The notes under the pieces: model-generated | What the model was told of the DNA's origin: nothing | What the model saw: the letters and a program-made list of their open reading frames with translations, nothing else | Databases searched by the model: none | In this document: one piece after another, positions 20,185-30,206 of the stretch | How the letters are laid out: every line of letters begins with the position of its first letter | Numbering within the stretch: position 1 is the stretch's first letter | Assembly (NCBI GenBank): GCA_051003195.1 | Contig: JBPCLP010000055.1 | Span: 32,001 to 96,000, forward strand | Direction of reading: 5' to 3' | Source of the DNA: Candidatus Sumerlaeaceae bacterium | GTDB taxonomy: Bacteria > Sumerlaeota > Sumerlaeia > Sumerlaeales > Sumerlaeaceae | Length of the DNA: 64,000 nucleotides | Translations under genes and position numbers: made by a program

Positions 20185-21252
20185 ATGCGGCGTAAACTAC
20201 TGGGAACATGCGGGCTGCTGATCATCAGCGTAGGCGTAAGCCATGCGCAAACAAGCATTGCTGAAATGAATGCTGTAACCGGCGGAATGGATACCCTCAA
20301 TAGCGCACCCGTCGGTCCTGCGGGGGGAAATGTTGCGCTTGATCGCGCGCGCGCACTACAGCAGCCGGGTGCACTCCCCGGTGGCTATAACAACCAGATT
20401 GCACCAGGTGCGGCACCCGGAATGAGTAGTCCCGCGGGTGGCCTCAACCCTGCTCCGATTGGGGCGCTACCCGCTCCGGGTCCGCTGCCAGGCGGAAACC
20501 TGCCTCCCTTCCCGGGCGCAGCCGTGGGCCCCGGTGCTGTCACAGCCGTACCCGCTCCTGGATTTGAAGGCGATCTCGGAATAACAGGCCAGCCTAATCA
20601 ATTTGGCCAGCCAGGTCAGCCTGGAACTGCCACCCCAACTCCTGAACCTACGATTACCGTTTTGATTGGTAAACGCGTGTACGATGCCGTTACGGGCGCG
20701 CTCCTTGAGGATGCTTTCCAGCAAACCGTTTTGCAAAGCGAGCAGGATAAGTACGCCGACGACGGCGTGCTCGACAACGGAATTGCAGGCGATGGCGTAC
20801 GCGGCAGCGTCACAACGATACGAGACAAGTATGTCGGGGCCGAGACAAACTCGATTAAGAATCGCCTGATCAACCTTGTGCGTAACTCCGAAAACATGTC
20901 ACCGATGGTGTTTTATGGTTTTCATGTAATGGCGGTCGATCCAACGACGCAGCACCGCGCGATGCCCAACCTTCTGGAAAAGGAAGCTCAGCGCGATGAA
21001 TCGCTGCGGGACTGGAACAACAAGTTCCTCGCTGATTATCGCGTCGACAAGAACGATCCCCGCAGTGAGTACTATCAGCTCTATGTTCCAGCCCCCCCGC
21101 TCGTGCCCAAGTACCCCGCACCGCCTGGTTACGTGGCCCCACAAAAGCTCGCGCCCGGTCAGGCACCAGGTACAGGTGCAACTGCGGCAGGCCCGAATAT
21201 TTACAACGGAGATCCGGTGATCAATGTCCCCGGCTCTGAAGGCGCCATTTAA
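20185..21252 (+). CDS. secreted P/G-rich protein with choice-of-anchor X-like motif
   Basis: signal peptide; YADDGVLDNGIAGDGV resembles the DDG...AGDG motif. Confidence 0.6.
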   Translation: MRRKLLGTCGLLIISVGVSHAQTSIAEMNAVTGGMDTLNSAPVGPAGGNVALDRARALQQPGALPGGYNNQIAPGAAPGMSSPAGGLNPAPIGALPAPGPLPGGNLPPFPGAAVGPGAVTAVPAPGFEGDLGITGQPNQFGQPGQPGTATPTPEPTITVLIGKRVYDAVTGALLEDAFQQTVLQSEQDKYADDGVLDNGIAGDGVRGSVTTIRDKYVGAETNSIKNRLINLVRNSENMSPMVFYGFHVMAVDPTTQHRAMPNLLEKEAQRDESLRDWNNKFLADYRVDKNDPRSEYYQLYVPAPPLVPKYPAPPGYVAPQKLAPGQAPGTGATAAGPNIYNGDPVINVPGSEGAI

Positions 21253-21278
21253 CTTTTGCGACAAAACTAAGAGGTTCC

Positions 21279-21824
21279 ATGCCCCCAGCAATTAAACCGC
21301 CGTCTCCTGCTGAAGCTGCGCTAGGCGACGCACAAAACCTAATGCAGCTTTGGCTCAGAGCGAAGGGCTTTCTTGCCAAGGCCACTACTGAGGAACCGAT
21401 CACGCGCGACGAGGAACAGGTGTTCCTCGAAACCAAGAGTGAGATTTCGAAAGTACAGCGAAGCATTGCGCAAAAGCTGCCGGCCGATGTCAGCTTTGGC
21501 GCCGATCGCATGCAGGAAATACTCAGGCAATCCATCTCCATCAGCCACTTGCGTAACCTGCCAAAAGCCGATAAGCAGAGCCTGGCGTCAAATTGGCACT
21601 ACGTTTTCATCAACCTGAGCCGCGCGATGGGTGCTTTGCAGTTCCTTGCCGAAGGCTACACTCCGCCGCCGCGTCAGCAAAAACAGGGCAGCGGCATTAA
21701 GGATCTTAAAGGCGCCGCCTCAGGAAAGCCCGAGCCTAAGAAAAAAGGCGCGCTTAAAAAGCCGAGCACCTGGATTGTTTTAATGATCATTGGCGGCATT
21801 GTTTACTACTTTATGAACAAGTAG
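21279..21824 (+). CDS. hypothetical helical protein with C-terminal TM anchor, paralog of 10428..10883
   Basis: EEQVFL, SISHL and WHYVFINLSRAMG pattern; WIVLMIIGGIVYYFMNK tail. Confidence 0.75.
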   Translation: MPPAIKPPSPAEAALGDAQNLMQLWLRAKGFLAKATTEEPITRDEEQVFLETKSEISKVQRSIAQKLPADVSFGADRMQEILRQSISISHLRNLPKADKQSLASNWHYVFINLSRAMGALQFLAEGYTPPPRQQKQGSGIKDLKGAASGKPEPKKKGALKKPSTWIVLMIIGGIVYYFMNK

Positions 21825-22162
21825 CTGTTCGACGTTGCGTAGGCATATCAGCGCTTTCGGGCCGCTGGTCTGCTCAGTCCGTCGGCTGCCTTAAACTAAA
21901 AGCGAAGTTAGCCCGCGAAATCATCCGGTTAGCCTTGATTTTCATATCTCTGCCCCATAGCGTCCGAGTTCAGATTCGACAGTTCGGGGGCGCAACTGCG
22001 TTCCAGCATTGTCGAGCTGGGGAGTTCAGTCGGACCGAGCCGACTCCTCTTGCATTTTTAGGTGTGTTGTTGGTTGTAAGATATAAAGTTCGCTCTGAAG
22101 GCGCAGGCCAAAACCTACCTCTTCCGGGCGTGCTTCCATACGAAACCAGAAGGGTGGTTCCC

Positions 22163-25100
22163 GTGAATCGGAAGCTGCAACGATTCTCCATCTCTCGACC
22201 CATGGCCGTCCTGGCTGCGGTCTCGCTTTGCATCACACTGTCCGGCTGCTATGGCGTGTACGAGGGCAAAGCCGAAAAGAACATTAAGCAGGCCACCGAT
22301 TGGCAGGCTGAGAAGTTCGACGAGAGTAAGCCGATCTTCGAAAGTGCTAAAAAGTCGCTCGACGCAGCCAAGCAGGCCAATGCTGGCAAGCAGGGCGGCG
22401 AGGCGCGCAAGCAGGCAAAAGAAGCCGCCACGCTAAGCGAACAGGCGATGAACGCCGCCAAGACGCGCTACGCGGACCAGCAGCTCAAACAAGCCAAGAA
22501 GGCTATGGAAGTCGCGCGCATCAACGATGGCCAAAGCCAGAACGCGAAGCTCTATACCACAGCGGAAGCTAATTTTAATGAAGCTAATGAAAAGTATGGC
22601 AAGCAGAAGTATGAGGATACGATCAACCTCAGCCGCCAGGTGCAGACCGATGTGGACCAGCTTCTTGCCACGCTGAAGAACACCGCGCACAACCAGCTCG
22701 AGACGCTGCGCCAGCGCATGCGCGACCTTGACGCGGCACAGGCCAGCAAGTACAATCCACAGCCCATTCTGCGCGGCAATGAGCAGGTTGAGCGCATCAA
22801 GGAAAAAATCGAGAACGATCGCGACTACAAGCAGGCCATCATCATGGCCGGCGGCACGATCAGCGAAATCGAAGCCGGGATTATCGAAGCCAAGAAAAAG
22901 CATAGCGAGGCTGAACTTCGCGGGCTGGAAGACAAGATCGCGGAGGCAATCACCGAGGAAGCTCCCATTCACGTTCCCGACGCGCTGAAAAACGTGCAGG
23001 ACCAGTTTGAGGCGATTCTCGCGGGCTTCTACGAGAAGCAGTTCGACAGCGTGTTGTCTGCTGCCGAGGCTCTGAAGCCGCGTGTCGACCAGCTGATCAC
23101 CATGTCACGTATCGAGGCGACGAAGGATCGTATCCGTCAGGTCACGGAAGGTGTGCAACGGCTCAAGGAACAGAACGTCGAGCAGTATCTGCCTGGTCGC
23201 GTAAAGGTCATGGAAGACCTGCTGGCCAAATCACAGGACCAGTTTAACAACAACAATTACGAAGGCGCCAAGTTCGAAGCTGGCAATGCGCTGATCGAGC
23301 AGGATCGTATTACCGCCAGCTTCGACGCTCTCGCTGAATCCACAATCCAGGACGCCAGCGGCAGCGTGATTGCTGCGCGGCAGACCTACACCCGTATGGG
23401 TCAGATCTTTGGCACAGGCCAGACCGCCGTTGATCCGCGGCTGGAATCGCGATTCCAGATCCGGTCAGCGGAATTGAATGCCAAGCTCGCAGAGGCTTCA
23501 CAGCAACTGGATTTTTCGAACACCACTCGCAGGACCAAAGAGTTCCGCAAGGCCATTGAAAGCGCGAAGGTGTCGCACGCCACCGCGGACTCCGTAGCCA
23601 ATGGCACCTATAAACTCGTTACCGAAAACGCGCTTCTCGGCATCCAGGATCAGATATCCGCTCTGGAGCGGCAGGGGGCCCGCGAATTTGCACCGCGCCA
23701 ACTGGGAGAGGTGCAGTCGCTGGTTGAGCAGACGCAGAAGCTCGTCAGCGAAAACCAGAACCGCGAAGCAGCCGACCGCGTTGCAAAGACTCGTGCCACG
23801 CTGGAAAACGTAAAACAGGAACTTGCACGCCGCGCGGTTGAGGAAGGCGCTCGCACCGGCGACATTCTGCGCCGCATCGAAGGCGGTGCGGCCCCGACGC
23901 CCGCAAGTGGTGGAGGACCGCAGACCATGGCCCCGCGCACCACGCCGTATGGCCAGTATCCCGGCGGCACCGAACTTAATAACAAGGAGTCGATGTTTGC
24001 CACCGACATTACCGGATTAAGCTCCTCAGATGCGCGCGAACTTTCCGCGCGCCAGCCTATCGTACTTGCGCAGACGCATGTCGGCCATCCCACCAACAGC
24101 AGCGGCTGGACCGGCGAGCAGGGCTACCTCGATAACCGCAACATCACCCACGGAACCTACATGACGCACAACCCGCCAGACCGCGTATTTCTCGGAACCG
24201 GATCCCATACCGGGGCTATCATTGGAACACGCCCCGAGCCTGTTGTCCCCACACGTGAAGACACCGGCAGCTACACAGGCGGATCCCAGGGAAGTTATGA
24301 ACCACCCACCGCGCCCGGGCCTTTTGTGGCGCTCGGCACCAGCAGGACCGGCGGTGCCGCGGTTGCACTTTCGGCAACTGCCGGCGGGGACACAGCAAGC
24401 GCTCCACTGGACAGCGGTGTAGCCATAGTTCGCGCCCAGATTAACGACATCGTGCTGGACCAGCAGCGCTCCCGTGACCTTCGCACGTACCAGCCCGACG
24501 CAATCCGCGACGCGGAGGCGAAGCTTTCCGAAAGCGCTTCCGCACTGGCATCGGGCGAGTATATCCGAGCCACACAACTCGCCCAGGAAGCGCAGAAGAT
24601 TATTGTCGATGCGGATCGCAAAGCCGCCGAGGCCGCCGCCACGAAAAGTATCCAGGATGCAGCCGACCGTATAAATATTGCCGAGGCTGCCGGAGCTGTT
24701 ATGTTCGCGCCGGCGCAGCTTAACGAGGCGATTAAGCTATACGAGCAGGCTCGCTCATCGCTCAAGACAGGTGATGTTCATGATGCACGTGCAGTCGCCG
24801 GACGTGCCATGGTTGCGGCCGAAGATGCTCGCCTGTACAATGTCACCAAAGCGCACGACCTTGCCGCGCTCTCCATCCGGTACGGCGGATACAAGTCCAC
24901 TCACCCCGCACTTTCCGAAGCAAACAACCTGGCCTATGGCGCAGAGAATCTCCTCAACCATCCCAACTCCGCTGCTGCCGGTCAGGAGATGGCAAAGCAG
25001 GCCGTCATGATGGGGCAGCTCGCACTTGATTCCGCGCGCGACTATAGCTTCCAGGAGCGGCTTGATAACATCTACAAGGCGCTTAACACCGCCCTGCGTG

Positions 25101-25939
25101 CCGGAGCGAATTACTTTAACGTTGCAGAGGTTAAGCGGCTCATTGCCGAGCTGGCAGTCGCACGTGAGGAGTACTGCACCCACAACTACGACGCCGTTGA
25201 GCTGAAGCTCAAGGACATCGAAGCGCGTCTGGCTCGCGTCATCGAAACCACACCGCTGGTTCTCGAAGAGAACCTGATTGAGACAACTGAGAAACTGAAC
25301 GCGCTCGTACTTGCCGGTGCCGAGAACTGGATGGCGCAGGAAGTCGACGATGTAAAAAGCCTCATGAACCGCTCAGTCATCGACTTTCGCAAACACGACT
25401 ACTATTCGAGCTATACGAATATCCGCAATGCCATGGCGCTGACCGAGCGCATTGAGGCACGTCTTCAGGAGCAGGTTTACTACGACGCCATCACCGAGCT
25501 TTTCGCGCAGATGGATCTTGCATTCCGGGACTTCTCCCAGGTGCTGGATTACGATCGCGTCTTCCTGAAGAAACTCATCACCACACCTCAGGGCCAGCCT
25601 GCTGCCATAGGTTTCCGCGGCCAGCAAAGCCCCAATCTGTTCAAGGATCGTATAACAGACATCTACCTTCGTGCAATTCATCTGAAGGCGCCCAAAAGCC
25701 AGGAAGGCACACATAACGAGGTGATCACTTCGATCAAGTTTGCGAAGGTGGCCGCCGAGAACTTCCAGAAGCTGTTCATCCTGGATCAGGTTTCCTACCC
25801 CGATGCTTATGATATCATCGACACAGCCTTTAACCAGTTCCAGCGCTCGCGCATACTTCGCGGGGAAATCCAGGTGCGGCTGATAGATCCACAGGCACGG
25901 ACCAAGGTAATCCGCGCCGAGAAAATCGTGAACTTCTAG
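22163..25939 (+). CDS. very large helical-repeat lipoprotein (DUF4398-like repeats)
   Basis: LSG|C lipobox; recurring GA..(F/Y)AP..L..A-like units; GTG start after AGAAGGG inferred. Confidence 0.75.
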   Translation: MNRKLQRFSISRPMAVLAAVSLCITLSGCYGVYEGKAEKNIKQATDWQAEKFDESKPIFESAKKSLDAAKQANAGKQGGEARKQAKEAATLSEQAMNAAKTRYADQQLKQAKKAMEVARINDGQSQNAKLYTTAEANFNEANEKYGKQKYEDTINLSRQVQTDVDQLLATLKNTAHNQLETLRQRMRDLDAAQASKYNPQPILRGNEQVERIKEKIENDRDYKQAIIMAGGTISEIEAGIIEAKKKHSEAELRGLEDKIAEAITEEAPIHVPDALKNVQDQFEAILAGFYEKQFDSVLSAAEALKPRVDQLITMSRIEATKDRIRQVTEGVQRLKEQNVEQYLPGRVKVMEDLLAKSQDQFNNNNYEGAKFEAGNALIEQDRITASFDALAESTIQDASGSVIAARQTYTRMGQIFGTGQTAVDPRLESRFQIRSAELNAKLAEASQQLDFSNTTRRTKEFRKAIESAKVSHATADSVANGTYKLVTENALLGIQDQISALERQGAREFAPRQLGEVQSLVEQTQKLVSENQNREAADRVAKTRATLENVKQELARRAVEEGARTGDILRRIEGGAAPTPASGGGPQTMAPRTTPYGQYPGGTELNNKESMFATDITGLSSSDARELSARQPIVLAQTHVGHPTNSSGWTGEQGYLDNRNITHGTYMTHNPPDRVFLGTGSHTGAIIGTRPEPVVPTREDTGSYTGGSQGSYEPPTAPGPFVALGTSRTGGAAVALSATAGGDTASAPLDSGVAIVRAQINDIVLDQQRSRDLRTYQPDAIRDAEAKLSESASALASGEYIRATQLAQEAQKIIVDADRKAAEAAATKSIQDAADRINIAEAAGAVMFAPAQLNEAIKLYEQARSSLKTGDVHDARAVAGRAMVAAEDARLYNVTKAHDLAALSIRYGGYKSTHPALSEANNLAYGAENLLNHPNSAAAGQEMAKQAVMMGQLALDSARDYSFQERLDNIYKALNTALRAGANYFNVAEVKRLIAELAVAREEYCTHNYDAVELKLKDIEARLARVIETTPLVLEENLIETTEKLNALVLAGAENWMAQEVDDVKSLMNRSVIDFRKHDYYSSYTNIRNAMALTERIEARLQEQVYYDAITELFAQMDLAFRDFSQVLDYDRVFLKKLITTPQGQPAAIGFRGQQSPNLFKDRITDIYLRAIHLKAPKSQEGTHNEVITSIKFAKVAAENFQKLFILDQVSYPDAYDIIDTAFNQFQRSRILRGEIQVRLIDPQARTKVIRAEKIVNF

Positions 25940-25964
25940 TCGGAATCTCCCCCATTGCAATTAC

Positions 25965-25989
25965 AAGGCGGGCTTCGGCCCGCCTTTTT
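25965..25989 (+). terminator. intrinsic terminator
   Basis: AAGGCGGGC-TTCG-GCCCGCCTTTTT. Confidence 0.9.
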
Positions 25990-26072
25990 CATTGGCGGCA
26001 GGTCATCCTCGTACTCTTGACCTGCGTCCAATCACCTATAACATATCGCTTAACTAGCTGGGACGGCATATC

Positions 26073-26504
26073 ATGAAATTCTACTTACGTTTCGGTGCGG
26101 CAGTAGTGGTGATAGCGTTGATTGTGTGGCTGCTGATGGAGTTCGGGCAGCGCGATGCCCCCGCTCCCGTTGCCGTGGCGGTTTCGCCCGCTCCAACACC
26201 GGTACCAACTCCAGCTATTGCGCCTGTGCCGAGGCCGGTGCAGGCACCTATCAGCCAGCCAACCCTTCCCGCTTTCATCCCTCGCGCAGCGCTCGGAGCA
26301 CACGTTACCATCACGGGTACGCGCCGTGTGGATGACTGGTGGTATGTTACCGCTGTAGGCCGCGATCGCAATGCGCTTAATGACTTCCTGGATATAGCAT
26401 ACAAGTCAGGCCTGCGCGATCTGGATGTAAACTACCAGGACTACAAACAGTTCATTGTCCGCGGCCAACAACGCTCACAGAACACCTTCAAAATGCGCTT
26501 CTAA
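26073..26504 (+). CDS. hypothetical bitopic membrane protein
   Basis: N-terminal TM, Pro-rich linker, small alpha/beta C-terminal domain. Confidence 0.7.
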   Translation: MKFYLRFGAAVVVIALIVWLLMEFGQRDAPAPVAVAVSPAPTPVPTPAIAPVPRPVQAPISQPTLPAFIPRAALGAHVTITGTRRVDDWWYVTAVGRDRNALNDFLDIAYKSGLRDLDVNYQDYKQFIVRGQQRSQNTFKMRF

Positions 26505-26528
26505 CCTAAGTGGTGGGTCGTCTCGCCG

Positions 26529-26628
26529 CTAGTGCGCCGAATCCGAAATTCCTATCCAGTTTGAGCGCGGAAGATGAGCGCGATTCGGCACACAGAACCG
26601 AATACGAATTAACGGTAGCCCACACTAA
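26529..26628 (+). mobile_element. MITE copy 4
   Basis: very similar to copy 1; right end overlaps the TAG stop of the convergent ROK gene. Confidence 0.85.
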
Positions 26629-27839
26629 GCGACCAGCGGCGCTCCCAGATCGTTGTGCAGGATAACGGCCACCGCGCCGCGCAGCCGAGGGTGTATCAGG
26701 TCATCGGTAGGAACGATCTTGGTGGGCAGGTGCTTCTGCACGCGCGAGGCTACCTCTTTGAGCACAGGCGGTCCCACGATATTCCATGCCCGGGTCACCT
26801 CGCCGACCACCACCACGACGCTTGGCGCTAGTGAAGTAACAACCATCGCCAGCCCAACACCCAGGTAATGCCCCATTTTCTCCAGCGCCTTTACTGCGCG
26901 AGTGTCATTCTGCTCGGCCAGGTTCACAATGTCTTCGAAGCTGATCGCGCCATTTCGGCCAGTCGTGCCCTGGCCATTCTTTTTACCACCGGGTGCACTT
27001 AGCTCCTCGTAATAACGCACTGCTGCCGAGTTCGAAGCATACACTTCCCAACAGCCGCGATTGCCGCAATTACATAGAAGCCCATCCTCGCAAATGGACA
27101 CATGCCCAAACTCGCCCGCCATGCCCGTGGGGCCGCGAAGTAATTGACCGTTCATAAAAATGCCACAGCCCACCCCCTCCGACACAGTCAGGGCTACAAG
27201 ATCCTGCACACCATCCGCGTGCTTACCAAACCAGATCTCAGCCAGCGCGCAGGCATTGGGGGCGTTCTCGACGATGACCGGTAATCCTGTAGTCTCCTCC
27301 AGGGGCCCGATGAAGTCGATATCCCGCCACCCCAGGTTCGGTGCGTACGCCAGCCTTGCTCCCTTTAACGTTACGCGGCCGGGCAGGCTTACGCCGATCC
27401 CGGCATATGTGTACTTGTGGCTTTTCATGAAAGCGCCGACAGCTTTGGTCAGGTCATCGATAAACTTCTCAGGGTCGTTGATAGTCTTCAGGCGTTCCAG
27501 CGTAACAAACCGTCCGCTCATATCCGCAACGGCCAGTGTCGTGTGCACGGGGCGGATATCGACTCCAATGATATAAGTCCGGTCATTATTGAAGTGAAGT
27601 ACGCGGGGTTTGCGGCCGCGTGGTGCATCGGTCAGCGCGCCTTCCGTTACCCACTGCTGTTCGATCAGTTCCTCGACAATTAACGATACGGTGGAGAACT
27701 GGAGCCCGGACTTCCTTGCCAGGTCCGCACGGGAAATCGGCTGGTGCGTACGAAGAAAGTTCAGCACGATACGCCGATTTATGTCCCGCGCAGTCTCGCT
27801 GGTGGCGACCTGGAAGTTTTTTAGATCAATTTTGCGCAT
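26625..27839 (-). CDS. ROK family transcriptional regulator (XylR/NagC-like)
   Basis: ISRADLARKSGL HTH, GRKP, GEFGH, CNCGNRGCWE. Confidence 0.92.
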   Translation of the reverse strand: MRKIDLKNFQVATSETARDINRRIVLNFLRTHQPISRADLARKSGLQFSTVSLIVEELIEQQWVTEGALTDAPRGRKPRVLHFNNDRTYIIGVDIRPVHTTLAVADMSGRFVTLERLKTINDPEKFIDDLTKAVGAFMKSHKYTYAGIGVSLPGRVTLKGARLAYAPNLGWRDIDFIGPLEETTGLPVIVENAPNACALAEIWFGKHADGVQDLVALTVSEGVGCGIFMNGQLLRGPTGMAGEFGHVSICEDGLLCNCGNRGCWEVYASNSAAVRYYEELSAPGGKKNGQGTTGRNGAISFEDIVNLAEQNDTRAVKALEKMGHYLGVGLAMVVTSLAPSVVVVVGEVTRAWNIVGPPVLKEVASRVQKHLPTKIVPTDDLIHPRLRGAVAVILHNDLGAPLVA

Positions 27840-27974
27840 GTCGGAATTTCTGTCTGTGTCAGCCTGATGCCACTAAAAACCAGTCAGTGTGGAGATCACT
27901 GTTTTGTGAATGCAAGGCTTGTGAGTTGCAAATAGCTGAGCCAGCTAGAAGTAAAATCTGCCTGCGAGGTCTCG

Positions 27975-28436
27975 TTGCCACTATCCCATAATATTTTTCG
28001 TGCTCGGCCCCAGGATCTCTCACTGGCGCGACAGGCTGTCGTGGGTCTACACAATCACACTCCGGGTGATGACGTGGCTCTGCTGGCTTTTCTATCCGAT
28101 CCCAACGGTTATTTGCTTCTTGCGACAAAAGGTGAGCAGGTGATCGGCAGCCTGAGTGGTTTCGCGCTGCGCCATGCATTTCGCAGTGAGCCGGCTTTTC
28201 TCCTGTATGAGATCGATGTCCACCCATCGGCTCGACGGAATGGAATCGGCACAGCGCTTGTGCGGCAATTCATCAATGAAGCCGAAATGGCGAGAGCTTA
28301 CGAAGTATGGGTGCTGACTAATCAAAGTAACACGCCCGCTATGTCTATGTACACGCGTTGCGGCCTGAGCCGCCGAAACCTTGACGATGTGATGCTGGAG
28401 ATCGCGCTCAGTGGCCCAGGCGACTCGCACACCTGA
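27975..28436 (+). CDS. GNAT acetyltransferase
   Basis: VHPSARRNGIGTAL motif A; NTPAMSMY. Confidence 0.85.
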   Translation: MPLSHNIFRARPQDLSLARQAVVGLHNHTPGDDVALLAFLSDPNGYLLLATKGEQVIGSLSGFALRHAFRSEPAFLLYEIDVHPSARRNGIGTALVRQFINEAEMARAYEVWVLTNQSNTPAMSMYTRCGLSRRNLDDVMLEIALSGPGDSHT

Positions 28437-28571
28437 CGGGCTTCACCTGCGCTTTTTTGTATTGACGCATTATGCGCCGCTTCTTTTGGGTAAGCCAACT
28501 TGTAACCCGTGCTCCCGCGCTGGCGGTGCAACGGAACCCATAGATTAGCTATAGATAGGTTGGAGGCGACC

Positions 28572-28814
28572 ATGGCCGTTGGTCAGAAGGTTAAAGAAAT
28601 CGTTGCTCAGCAGTTGGGTGTCAACGAGGAGCAGGTCACTGAGGAAGCGTCGTTTAAGGATGACCTCGGCGCCGACTCGCTCGACATCGTCGAGCTGGTC
28701 ATGGCATTCGAGGAAGAGTTTAACATCGAGATTCCCGACGAAGATGCTGAGAAAGTTCTCACGGTCGGGCAGGCAGTTTCCTATATCGAGGGCAAGGCTG
28801 GCACAGCCGAGTAA
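28572..28814 (+). CDS. acpP: acyl carrier protein
   Basis: [28 protein letters not shown]. Confidence 0.97.
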   Translation: MAVGQKVKEIVAQQLGVNEEQVTEEASFKDDLGADSLDIVELVMAFEEEFNIEIPDEDAEKVLTVGQAVSYIEGKAGTAE

Positions 28815-28872
28815 CTCTGTGGCATGCCGAATAGACGGCCCACTGCCGTCATATTAAAACGCTTCAAAAGGG

Positions 28873-28910
28873 CGCGTCGGGTTGAAATCAGCCCGGCGCG
28901 AATTTTTTTT
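28873..28910 (+). terminator. intrinsic terminator between acpP and fabF
   Basis: CGCGTCGGGTTGA/TCAGCCCGGCGCG stem followed by T8. Confidence 0.75.
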
Positions 28911-28961
28911 GGCGGTGGATGCTGCCTACACTGGCAAGCTTAACGTAAAACGAGGAGAACC

Positions 28962-30206
28962 ATGGAATTCAGGCGCGTAGTGGTAACTGGGCTGGGAGCA
29001 ATTACCCCGATCGGCAATACAGTGGACGAATACTGGCACGGTCTGCAGCACGGTGCCTGCGGTGTCGGTCCGATCACGCGCTTTGATACCACCGGCCAGA
29101 CAGTGACCATCGCCGCCGAGGTGAAGGGTCTCAATCCCGAGGACCACTTCGAGAAGAAAGAGATCAAGAAGCTCGACTACTTCGTGCGTTTTGCGATGGT
29201 CGCCGGGCGTGAAGCTTTCAGGCAAAGTGGCCTCGATCTTACGCAGCACGATGCGAATGAGATTGGTGTGCTCATCGGCGTGGGCATGGGCGGGGTGCTA
29301 ACCATTGAGGAACAACATGACGTGCTGGTGAAGCGTGGCCCCGGGCGCGTCACTCCATTCCTGGTCCCCAAGATGATCCCGAACATGGCAGCCGGAATGG
29401 TATCTATCGATCTGGGCCTTAAGGGGCCGAACTCCGCCGTCTCGACCGCATGCGCGTCTGCGACACACGCGATCGGCGATTCGTTCCGCATTATCCAGCG
29501 CGGCGATGCCACAGCCATGATATGTGGCGGCGCGGAATCGGTCATCACCCCCCTCTCCATTGCCGGGTTTGCCAACATGGGCGCGCTCAGTGCATGCAAC
29601 GACACGCCGCATTGCGCCAGCCGGCCATTCGACGCGAACCGCAATGGCTTCGTGATGGGAGAAGGCTCCGGCCTGCTCGTACTCGAGGAACTGGAGCACG
29701 CAAAGCAGCGCGGTGCTAACATCCTGGCGGAAATCGTCGGCTATGGTCTCACCGGCGATGCATTCCATATGACATCCCCGGGACCAAATGGCGAGGGAGG
29801 CGCGCGTTGCATGCGCATGTGCCTGCGCTCCGCCGGACTGCAGCCTGAACAAGTCGACTACATAAACGCACACGGCACCAGCACCCCGTTAAACGACAAG
29901 CTGGAAACGCAGGCAATCAAAACGGTGTTCGGCGACCATGCATACAAGATCGCCGTCAGCTCCAACAAAAGCATGATAGGCCACCTCATCGGTGCCGCGG
30001 GCGGAGTTGAAGCAGTGGCCACCGTCCTTACGATACGCGACGGGCAGATTCCTCCCACGATCAACTACTCCGAAAAAGACAACGAGTGCGACCTGGACTA
30101 CGTGCCCAACACCGTGCGCCAGCAGCAGGTCAACGTCGCCATCAGCAACAGCCTGGGATTCGGTGGCCACAACGCGACGATTGCATTCAGGAGCTATAAC
30201 GGCTAG
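28962..30206 (+). CDS. fabF: beta-ketoacyl-ACP synthase II
   Basis: TACAS, NAHGTST, KSMIGH, SNSLGFGGHN. Confidence 0.97.
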   Translation: MEFRRVVVTGLGAITPIGNTVDEYWHGLQHGACGVGPITRFDTTGQTVTIAAEVKGLNPEDHFEKKEIKKLDYFVRFAMVAGREAFRQSGLDLTQHDANEIGVLIGVGMGGVLTIEEQHDVLVKRGPGRVTPFLVPKMIPNMAAGMVSIDLGLKGPNSAVSTACASATHAIGDSFRIIQRGDATAMICGGAESVITPLSIAGFANMGALSACNDTPHCASRPFDANRNGFVMGEGSGLLVLEELEHAKQRGANILAEIVGYGLTGDAFHMTSPGPNGEGGARCMRMCLRSAGLQPEQVDYINAHGTSTPLNDKLETQAIKTVFGDHAYKIAVSSNKSMIGHLIGAAGGVEAVATVLTIRDGQIPPTINYSEKDNECDLDYVPNTVRQQQVNVAISNSLGFGGHNATIAFRSYNG

